A model generated the notes under the pieces. It was not told where the DNA came from, ran no database searches, and saw only the letters and a program-made list of their open reading frames with translations. From assembly GCA_043808015.1 (NCBI GenBank), contig JAZDFI010000012.1:1-14052 (forward strand): a stretch of DNA of 14,052 bases, in the 5' to 3' direction. The position numbers were made by a program, and so were the translations under genes. Below are positions 1-6,617 of this stretch, piece by piece (positions within the stretch are counted from its first letter, which is position 1; every line of letters begins with the position of its first letter). The DNA comes from Candidatus Aenigmatarchaeota archaeon (lineage in GTDB: Archaea; Aenigmatarchaeota; Aenigmatarchaeia; QMZP01; QMZT01).

Positions 1-73
1 AGAACGCATCTTTTTTAATAGTCACTATCTCAAAGCGTGGTATGCAAAATATGGAGTAATTGTCTTCCGCCAT
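1..73 (-). CDS. Possible 5' end of a divergently transcribed gene running off the left edge (MAEDNYSIFCIPRFEIVTIKKDAF...)
   Basis: ATG at 73-71 with 24 open codons to the window edge; TATAAAA on the minus strand at 100-94, about 25 nt upstream (leaderless geometry). Too short to identify. Confidence 0.35.
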   Translation of the reverse strand, partial: MAEDNYSIFCIPRFEIVTIKKDAF

Positions 74-164
74 ATTTCAACTTTCTATCTTAGTTTTATA
101 TTGATATTTTACGCTAAAAATGTTTAAACGCGGGTTTTTTAAATAGCACAAATATCAACTCTTT

Positions 165-743
165 ATGGTAAAACTTAAATTTTTCAAAAGACAGGAAGTT
201 TTGCTTTTAATTACAGGTATTCTAATATCGGCAATTTTTCTAGGTATAGGCCTTGAAATAAATATAACTCTCGGTAGAGGGCAAATACCAGCTTTCGATA
301 ACGAACTCTCAAAGAGTTTCGTTTTGCTACTTTTAGGCATGTCTTTTGGTTATAACATTGCCATTAGCAGCAAACACAAAAATAAGTCATCGTACTTTTA
401 CACGGGTGTTCTTCTACCAATATCAATAGTTGCCTTTCTCGGTACATTTTTTTATTTTGTTTCTCCACTTCCACCATTTCTAATGTTCGTTGGTTTCTTG
501 TTCCCAATTTTTGCGATTCATTCAGAATGGGATAAACTGTATAAGAAATTTGAAAATTTACTTACTTTGTTTGGAAAATATTTATCTAACATAGGCTTGA
601 TTAGCATTTCTATAAGCGATTATTTGTTCCCGCTAGCTGGTATAGGAACAGATATTTATTCTCGAATTTTTGCGACATTTTTGAGTTTCGTTATAACGTT
701 CATATCCAGATGGTTGTTAGAAAATGACTTTTCTGGTGGATAA
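165..743 (+). CDS. Hypothetical integral membrane protein (about 5-6 TM helices)
   Basis: 192-aa AT-rich ORF with several long hydrophobic stretches (VLLLITGILISAIFLGIGL, FVLLLLGMSFG, VLLPISIVAFLGTFFYFV, FLMFVGFLFPIFAI, IFATFLSFVITFI); TTTAAATAG TATA-like box at 138-146. No family recognised. Confidence 0.75.
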   Translation: MVKLKFFKRQEVLLLITGILISAIFLGIGLEINITLGRGQIPAFDNELSKSFVLLLLGMSFGYNIAISSKHKNKSSYFYTGVLLPISIVAFLGTFFYFVSPLPPFLMFVGFLFPIFAIHSEWDKLYKKFENLLTLFGKYLSNIGLISISISDYLFPLAGIGTDIYSRIFATFLSFVITFISRWLLENDFSGG

Positions 744-814
744 TAAAGTAAATACTTCACACAAACAATAAATATCTGAAATATTGGTGAGTTTATACGA
801 AAGACATTTTAAAG

Positions 815-1534
815 GTGCTTAAATTCATAAAATCCGGTGAAGGGCACAAAACAATGCGACAAATAATGAATCATTTTGGTTGGGATCATGAAACAGCAAA
901 AGAATTTCAACTAACTTATTCTAAAAATCCTAGGTATATTCAAGAAGTGATGAGAATGATTGAAAATACATCAACTTCTACTTTTGAAGTTTCTTTTGAG
1001 GGTGAAAATTTTATAAAAGAAAGAACGGAAGGTTGGAAGAAAATAATTAAAGAGAAATGGATTGAGTATATTTTATTTGGATTAATTACAGTTATTATTT
1101 CAAGTTCTATCACAGTTGCGATAAATAGCTATTATATAGAAATCGCTAAAGGGCCACCGTGTAGAATTTATACTGTATACTCAGAGAATACACCATTAAG
1201 TCTTCCTAAAAATCAAAGTTATGGTCTACCATTTCTTATAATAAATATGAGATCAGAACCCATGATTATCGATAAAGTGGATGCTCTTTGTTATTGGGGA
1301 GAAATAGAACCCATTGAAGAAAATTTAGCTGTTTTAAATGACTCTACGTCTGATATTGGCCAGATAAATTTATTACAACCACAATCACCTCCGACGATAC
1401 CTCCTTATCAACCTTTAAGATATTCTGGTCGTTGTAAAACTCCGTTATCTATCGGAGATTATAAAATAAACATTAAAGTTAAAACAAGTCTTGGTGATTG
1501 CCAACAAGATATAAATTTGAAAGTAAAACAATAG
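815..1534 (+). CDS. Hypothetical single-pass membrane protein: N-terminal winged-helix-like region, one TM helix, Cys-containing beta-rich C-terminal domain
   Basis: 239-aa ORF with TM segment WIEYILFGLITVIISSSITVAIN; beta-strand pattern and four Cys in the C-terminal part. Start uncertain (GTG 815, ACG 797 or ATG 854). Confidence 0.7.
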   Translation: MLKFIKSGEGHKTMRQIMNHFGWDHETAKEFQLTYSKNPRYIQEVMRMIENTSTSTFEVSFEGENFIKERTEGWKKIIKEKWIEYILFGLITVIISSSITVAINSYYIEIAKGPPCRIYTVYSENTPLSLPKNQSYGLPFLIINMRSEPMIIDKVDALCYWGEIEPIEENLAVLNDSTSDIGQINLLQPQSPPTIPPYQPLRYSGRCKTPLSIGDYKINIKVKTSLGDCQQDINLKVKQ

Positions 1535-1564
1535 CGGTTTCAACACAACAAAACATGTTGAGGA

Positions 1565-1688
1565 TGCCCCGGCCGGGAGTCGAACCCGGGTCATCGGATC
1601 GAGAGTCCGATATCCTTGGCCTTTGTCCAAGCCATTTCCGGCTTTTCGCTTAAGCCTTTTCGGAAAAGGCTTACTAGACTACCGGGGC
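1565..1688 (-). tRNA. tRNA-Glu(CTC) with a D-loop intron; CCA not encoded
   Basis: Minus strand reads GCCCCGG-TA-GTCT-AG-[insert]-AGGCCAA-GGAT-A-TCGGA-CT-CTC-GA-TCCGA-TGAC-CCGGG-TTCGACT-CCCGG-CCGGGGC-A. Perfect 7-bp acceptor stem, 5-bp anticodon stem (anticodon at 1603-1601) and T-arm with TTCGA. Confidence 0.95.
1623..1673 (-). other. tRNA intron at a non-canonical position (15/16; alternative register 16/17 = 1624-1672)
   Basis: Central helix GTCT/GGAC, bulge AG^T, inner helix AAGCC/GGCTT, opposite bulge AA^A. Removal gives the normal Glu D-arm GTCTAGAGGCCAAGGAT. Confidence 0.8.
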
Positions 1689-1737
1689 TTTCGTCGTGTT
1701 TTCGTCTTTATTGGGCCGGCTTATTACTGGCCGGCGT

Positions 1738-1772
1738 ATTTTAACCTTTTAAAGCATTTATATATAAATAGC
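1738..1772. promoter_or_regulatory. AT-rich divergent promoter region (tRNA-Glu / PAC2) with TATA-like boxes
   Basis: TTTTAAA and TTTATATATAAATA between two divergently oriented genes. Confidence 0.5.
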
Positions 1773-1828
1773 AGATAATCCAAATAGTTTATTGCGCCCG
1801 AGCGCTAGCGACGGGCAGCGGTGATTTT

Positions 1829-2629
1829 ATGACAACTATAAAAGTTATCGAGAAGCCGAAGCTCAAAAACGCGATTCTCATTGAAGGATTGCCAGGCGTC
1901 GGCAATATCGGACGCGTAGCGGCTGGATACATGGTCGAGGAGCTGAAGGCGAAGAAGTTCGCCGAGCTTTATTCCGAGTGGTTTTTCCCTTTCGTCATGC
2001 TGCACAAGAAATACAAGATTCATCTTCTGAAGAATGAGTTCTATTACGTCAAGGGCACCAAAAAAGGGCAGAGGGACATCGTTCTTCTCGTAGGCGATTG
2101 TCAGTCGCTCACGCCGCAGGGGCATTACGAGGTCAGCGAGAAGATACTCGACTTCGTCGAGGGGCTTGGCGTGACTGAAATAATAACGATAGGCGGCCTC
2201 GCTACCGGCGACCTGGAAAGCAAAAAGAAGGTCATAGGAGCCGTCACGGATGACAGCATGCTTAATAAATACAAAAAATACAATATCGATTTCGACGCTG
2301 GCGATAAAGTCGGATATATAGTCGGAGCGGTCGGACTCCTGCTCGGCCTCTGGAAGCAGCGCGACAAAGAGGGTATCTGCCTGCTCGGGCAGACAGCGGG
2401 ATTCCCGATAGTCACGGACCCGAAAGCGGCCGAGACTGTGCTCGAAGTCCTGACCAAGATAGTCAACATCAAGCTTGATATGAAGAAGCTCGACAAGAAA
2501 GTGAAGGAAATGGAAAACTTCATCAAGAAGGTCGAGGCGCTCCAGAAACGCGCGCTCATGGAAATAACAAAAACAGGCAGCGGCGGCGACAAGGGGCAGA
2601 AGACCGACGAGACTAGATACATAGGGTGA
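1829..2629 (+). CDS. PAC2-family proteasome assembly chaperone-like protein
   Basis: N-terminal LIEGLPGVGNIGRVA motif, LLVGDCQ, IITIGG, IVGAVGLLLG, DPKAA and a C-terminal coiled coil ending in YIG; GGTGA SD 4 nt before the ATG. Confidence 0.9.
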   Translation: MTTIKVIEKPKLKNAILIEGLPGVGNIGRVAAGYMVEELKAKKFAELYSEWFFPFVMLHKKYKIHLLKNEFYYVKGTKKGQRDIVLLVGDCQSLTPQGHYEVSEKILDFVEGLGVTEIITIGGLATGDLESKKKVIGAVTDDSMLNKYKKYNIDFDAGDKVGYIVGAVGLLLGLWKQRDKEGICLLGQTAGFPIVTDPKAAETVLEVLTKIVNIKLDMKKLDKKVKEMENFIKKVEALQKRALMEITKTGSGGDKGQKTDETRYIG

Positions 2630-2633
2630 TGAT

Positions 2634-2813
2634 ATGGAAAAGCATTATACGAGATACGAGAAAGCGAGAATAATATCGGCGCGCGCGCTCCAGATAGCGC
2701 AGGGCGCTCCCATACTGGTCAAGATTCCCAAGGGCCTTACGGACCCGAAGGAAATCGCGAAGATTGAATGGGAAGCCGGCGTGGTGCCGATAGACATCAG
2801 GAAACTTGCGTAA
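2634..2813 (+). CDS. rpoK: DNA-directed RNA polymerase subunit K (Rpo6); 59 aa, absent from the ORF track
   Basis: Translates as MEKHYTRYEKARIISARALQIAQGAPILVKIPKGLTDPKEIAKIEWEAGVVPIDIRKLA, containing the Rpo6/Rpb6 signature TRYEKARIIxARALQI. GGTGA SD overlaps the PAC2 stop; lies upstream of enolase as in many archaea. Confidence 0.96.
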   Translation: MEKHYTRYEKARIISARALQIAQGAPILVKIPKGLTDPKEIAKIEWEAGVVPIDIRKLA

Positions 2814-2851
2814 GCTATTTTTATCCCCTTTGACATCATATTATTGATAGC

Positions 2852-4105
2852 ATGATAAAGGACGTCAGGATTTATTCGGTTTACAACTCCAAGGGAGACC
2901 ACGCGCTGCGCGTAAAGATTCAGACTGGCGACAACAAGTTCTTTTCCGCTTCCATCCCTTCCGGTACGTCGAAGGGCAAGAACGAGGCGAGAGACTTCGA
3001 GATGAAAAAGATCCTGGAGGTCTTCCCCAAGGTGCGCCAGAACGTGATTGGCCTCGACGAGAACGACTGGGTTACCGCCGATGAAATAATAGAGCAGACT
3101 GACAATTCAAAGAGTTATAACAACATAGGCATCTCGCTGGCGCTGGGCCTGTCGCTGGCGATTGCGAAGGCTTCGACGGCAGGCGAGCTGTGGAAGCTGC
3201 GCGGCGCGAAGACGTCATACAAGTTCCCGTTACCACTGGGGAACGTGATAGGCGGCGGCTCGCACGGCGGCGGCACGGCATGGCAGGAATTCCTGATACT
3301 TCCCTACAAGGCAAAGTCGCCGATGGAAGCGACCCAGACAAACTACGAGATGTGGAAGGTCGTCGGAGAAGAGCTGCAGAAGAACGGCTGGCTGCTCAGC
3401 AGGAACATCGAGAACGCATGGACGGCGAGCATCGACGACCTCAAGACGCTGGACCTTCTCTCTTCGATCGCCGAGGACTATAATGTGAAGCTGGGCGTCG
3501 ACTTCGCGGCTTCTTCGTTCTGGAACGGAAAGACGTATGCTTACAAGCCGCTCAAGAAAATGCTCACACCCGAGAAACAAATCGATGCCATCGTGCGCAC
3601 GGCAGAGGTTTACGACCTTTACTATCTGGAAGACCCGCTGCACGAGGACGACTTCATCGGCTTTGCCGAATTGAACAAGCGATTGCACGGGCGATTGATA
3701 GTGGGCGACGACCTTTTCTGCACCAATCGGGAGCGAGTAGCAAGGGGCATAGAGCTGCGCTCGGCCAACGCGGCTATAATAAAGCCCAACCAGTACGGCA
3801 CGCTCTACCAGGTGAGCAAGGTCATCCGCCTCATGAAGAAAAGCGGCATGATTCCCGTCGTATCGCATCGCTCCGGCGAGACGGAAGACGACTGGCTGTC
3901 CGACCTGGCGCTGACATGGGATGCACCGATAATCAAGATAGGCAACATGGGTCCTGACATACCGAAGCACAGCAGGCTTGCCGAGTTGTGGAATGACATC
4001 CCGAACAAGCGCATGGCGCCGCTGCCGATTCTCGACGCCGCCGACGAAGCGGAAGACTCGAAAGAAAGCGCGGAAGAAAACGATGAAGAAGAGAAAGACG
4101 AGTAG
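2852..4105 (+). CDS. eno: Enolase (phosphopyruvate hydratase), divergent, with acidic C-terminal tail
   Basis: Motifs PSGTSKGKNEA, GGGSH, QEFLI, DFAAS, LEDP, VGDDLF, IKPNQ, SHRSGETED, IKIG. Confidence 0.93.
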   Translation: MIKDVRIYSVYNSKGDHALRVKIQTGDNKFFSASIPSGTSKGKNEARDFEMKKILEVFPKVRQNVIGLDENDWVTADEIIEQTDNSKSYNNIGISLALGLSLAIAKASTAGELWKLRGAKTSYKFPLPLGNVIGGGSHGGGTAWQEFLILPYKAKSPMEATQTNYEMWKVVGEELQKNGWLLSRNIENAWTASIDDLKTLDLLSSIAEDYNVKLGVDFAASSFWNGKTYAYKPLKKMLTPEKQIDAIVRTAEVYDLYYLEDPLHEDDFIGFAELNKRLHGRLIVGDDLFCTNRERVARGIELRSANAAIIKPNQYGTLYQVSKVIRLMKKSGMIPVVSHRSGETEDDWLSDLALTWDAPIIKIGNMGPDIPKHSRLAELWNDIPNKRMAPLPILDAADEAEDSKESAEENDEEEKDE

Positions 4106-4135
4106 TTTTCTGCTTTCTAAATTATTTTTCCAGTT

Positions 4136-5134
4136 CTAAACAAAAGACTGGCTTATGTCCAGCGCCCTCGCCGAGTGCGTGAGGCAGCCCATCGATATGG
4201 CATCAACGCCTGCTTTCGCGTATTGGACTATGTTGTCGAGCTTCACGCCGCCCGACGCTTCGAGAAGCACGTAGTCGTAGAGCTTCTTCTCTTTGAGCGT
4301 ATTGATGACTCTTTTGATAAATTGAGGGGACATGTTATCGAGCATGATTATGCACGCCTTGATTTCCTTATCCTTGTCCTGCAGGAACTTGAACCGCTCG
4401 GCCGCGCGTATCGCCTCCTTCAGGTTCCTGGTCTCTATCTCTATGAACACCGTCCGCTTCCGCTGTTCCCACGCCTTGTCAATCGCATGCGCGATCGGAT
4501 CCTTGACATTGTGCTTTTTCAGCGCGTCGATGTGGTTGTCCTTTATCAGGAAGGATTCGAAAAGGCCTAGCCTGTGCGCATATCCTCCGCCGAGCGTGAC
4601 GGCTTTCTTGTCGATAAATCCCCATAGCGTCTTGCGCGTGCCTGCGACTATCGCGTGAAGTCCGTCCTTCTTAAGCAGTTCCACGTGCCTGTGAGTCTCG
4701 GTAGCGATGCCGCTCATGCGCTGGAGGAGATTGAGTCCCGTCCTTTCAATGGCAAGCAGTTTTTTTTCGGAGCCTTCGAGCATGAAAAGCGTTTCGCCTT
4801 TGCGTATCGCCTCGCCGTCTTTTTTGATGCGCTCGATGGTTATGCCGCTGCGGCCGCAAAGCCATGCCAGCTCGTCGCCTCCTGCAAGAATGCCATCCTC
4901 TTTAGCGATTATCTTCGCCTTGGCGGGCGCAGCGCCTAGCAACGCGTCGCTCGTTATGTCGCCGGCACCAATATCCTCTTTCATGAGATACGCCAGCAAG
5001 TTCTCAAGGCTTCTTTCGTATTCCGGGTTTCTCAAAACGAGGAAAAACGAGCGGTCATATGCCAGCTTTATCAGGCGAGGCCGGCTGTTCTCGCGCGGCG
5101 TCGGCTCTAGGCGGCCGACGGATTTTATTCCCAT
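4136..5134 (-). CDS. nadC: Nicotinate-nucleotide pyrophosphorylase (quinolinate phosphoribosyltransferase)
   Basis: EDIGAGDITS, ERTGLNLLQRMSGIAT, TRKT, HRLGL, LIKDNH, EIET, IMLDN, EASGG, GVDAISMGCLTHSA. KDNH favours NadC over ModD. GGTGA and a TATA-like box lie upstream of ATG 5134. Confidence 0.93.
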   Translation of the reverse strand: MGIKSVGRLEPTPRENSRPRLIKLAYDRSFFLVLRNPEYERSLENLLAYLMKEDIGAGDITSDALLGAAPAKAKIIAKEDGILAGGDELAWLCGRSGITIERIKKDGEAIRKGETLFMLEGSEKKLLAIERTGLNLLQRMSGIATETHRHVELLKKDGLHAIVAGTRKTLWGFIDKKAVTLGGGYAHRLGLFESFLIKDNHIDALKKHNVKDPIAHAIDKAWEQRKRTVFIEIETRNLKEAIRAAERFKFLQDKDKEIKACIIMLDNMSPQFIKRVINTLKEKKLYDYVLLEASGGVKLDNIVQYAKAGVDAISMGCLTHSARALDISQSFV

Positions 5135-6480
5135 ATTTCTAAATTCACCGCGCTATTTAAAAAAATAGTATCAGGCACAAGCCGTTTCATGATATCCTCT
5201 TCAAATATGACGAACTTCGTGCTGTAGTCGCTCTTCTGTTTGTATTCGCTGGTCGTTGAGTACTCGCTAGCGACGTGATAACTGGAAAGCGACACGCTTT
5301 TCTCGTGCTTCGAAGCGTATTTCTCCTCGCTTATCGCATCTTCGACGTGCATGGTTTTCTTTATTTCAAGCGTGTACTCGCTCTCGATTGAAGGCACGGA
5401 GGCGATCTGCTGGCTGCTGCTCTCGAAGCGCCATGCCTCTTCGCCAGTCCTGCGGTCGAGCGCATAGTAATGGCAATCCCAGCCGCCGAAGCATAGCAAA
5501 TCGTCTATTATCTTGGCATCGTCTAATATGCCAGCGCCTGCCTTGTATCTCCACAATTCCCTGCCAGTCGCTGCGTCTACGGCATAAAAGAACGCGTCTT
5601 CGGAACCGAAATAAACCACGCCGTCGTGCACGACGTTCTTGGCTATGAAGCCGCCCGTGTGGAAGCGCCATATTTCCTTCCCTTCCATGGTGAGCGCGTA
5701 GACGATGCCGTCGCGCGTGGAGTGGTAAAGCCTGTTCTTGTAAAGCGACGGCGTGCTGACGTTGCCGTATTTGCCGGTCCTGAAGCGCCATATCTCCTTG
5801 CCCGTATTCACATCGAGGCAGTATAGGTGGTTGTCAAGCACGGCGAAATAAATCCTGCCGTCTTTTATGAGCATCTCCCTGTTTATCTGGGCATCATCGC
5901 CTGTGACGAAGCGCCAGACCTCTCTTCCGCTTTTCGCTTCGATGCAGTATATGTTGCGGTCGCATGCGCCGAAGAACAGCACGTTTTTGTAAAACGTGAC
6001 AGTCGACGCTATCAGGCCGCCGGCCTTGAAGCGCCACAGCAGTTTTCCGGTCGTCGTGTCCAACGCGTACAGATTCTGGTCCTCCGAACCGAAGACGACC
6101 ATCCCGCCGCAAACGCCGGGGGTGCTGAACAGCCTGCCTCCAGTCTTGAAGCGCCATGCCTCTTTCCCGGTTTTTATGTCCACCGCGTAGAGATGGTTGT
6201 CGTAAGATGGTATGAAGACAAGTGAGCCGTCAGTTGCCGGCGAGCCGTAGTTGCAGCCGTTCGTGCGGAAGCGCCAGATCTCTTTCCCGCTCTTCGCATC
6301 TATCGCATAAACGTAATGGTCGCCGCAGGGCGCGTATATCACGCCATCGTGCATCATCGTGAAGCAGAAGCTGCCGCCCTCACCTATCATGAAAGCGCGG
6401 TCCCATTTTTTGGCCTTCGTTACCGTGAAATCCTCCAGTTCGGCATTCAGGCCTTCGAAGCCCTCGAAGTCGAATTGCAT
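5125..6480 (-). CDS. PQQ-like (BamB-type) 8-bladed beta-propeller repeat protein, no signal peptide
   Basis: Eight ~40-aa repeats resembling G-x-V-Y-F-G-S-x-D-x-x-L-Y-A-L-D-x-x-T-G-K-E-x-W-R-F. Start placed at ATG 6480 (MQFDF) because TTTTTTAAA lies about 22-30 nt upstream; the ORF track start of 6534 runs through AT-rich promoter-like DNA. Confidence 0.88.
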   Translation of the reverse strand: MQFDFEGFEGLNAELEDFTVTKAKKWDRAFMIGEGGSFCFTMMHDGVIYAPCGDHYVYAIDAKSGKEIWRFRTNGCNYGSPATDGSLVFIPSYDNHLYAVDIKTGKEAWRFKTGGRLFSTPGVCGGMVVFGSEDQNLYALDTTTGKLLWRFKAGGLIASTVTFYKNVLFFGACDRNIYCIEAKSGREVWRFVTGDDAQINREMLIKDGRIYFAVLDNHLYCLDVNTGKEIWRFRTGKYGNVSTPSLYKNRLYHSTRDGIVYALTMEGKEIWRFHTGGFIAKNVVHDGVVYFGSEDAFFYAVDAATGRELWRYKAGAGILDDAKIIDDLLCFGGWDCHYYALDRRTGEEAWRFESSSQQIASVPSIESEYTLEIKKTMHVEDAISEEKYASKHEKSVSLSSYHVASEYSTTSEYKQKSDYSTKFVIFEEDIMKRLVPDTIFLNSAVNLEIWE

Positions 6481-6617
6481 ACTCAAGAATTGGCAAAAAG
6501 GTTTAAAAAACGTATATTTATTAATATACCTCACATATATTAGGATTATCTATTAATGCCGGAACGCATAATACGATTGTGTTTGTCGGTAATTAATGAC
6601 TTTAATGGTGAAATTAC

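Larger units (their letters stand above)
1..1560. mobile_element. Putative end of an AT-rich genomic island adjoining the tRNA-Glu 3' end
   Basis: Sharp compositional change near the tRNA; unrecognised ORFs; located directly 3' of a tRNA gene. No integrase or att duplication is visible in the window. Confidence 0.5.

Noticed and set aside
1445-1630. 61-aa minus-strand ORF
   Set aside because: It is a translation of the tRNA-Glu gene and of the antisense strand of the upstream CDS.
1796-1816. GCCCG/CGGGC hairpin before the PAC2 SD, and CCTCG/CGAGG at 13932-13945 before lhr
   Set aside because: Only 5-bp stems, not distinguishable from chance without conservation data.
2645-2902. 85-aa minus-strand ORF between PAC2 and eno
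   Set aside because: It is the antisense shadow of rpoK, which has a clear family signature on the plus strand.
5420-6280. GAAGCGCCA recurring at roughly 120-bp multiples, superficially CRISPR-like
   Set aside because: It is the reverse complement of TGG-CGC-TTC (WRF) at the end of propeller blades. It is too short for a CRISPR repeat and the intervening DNA is in-frame coding sequence.
5125-6480. Calling the propeller a PQQ-dependent dehydrogenase or true BamB
   Set aside because: No signal or lipoprotein peptide, no large catalytic insertions between blades, and the context is archaeal; only the repeat fold is supported.
6481-6534. Longer start for the propeller gene
   Set aside because: This AT-rich stretch contains the TATA-like box; ATG 6480 fits leaderless promoter geometry better.
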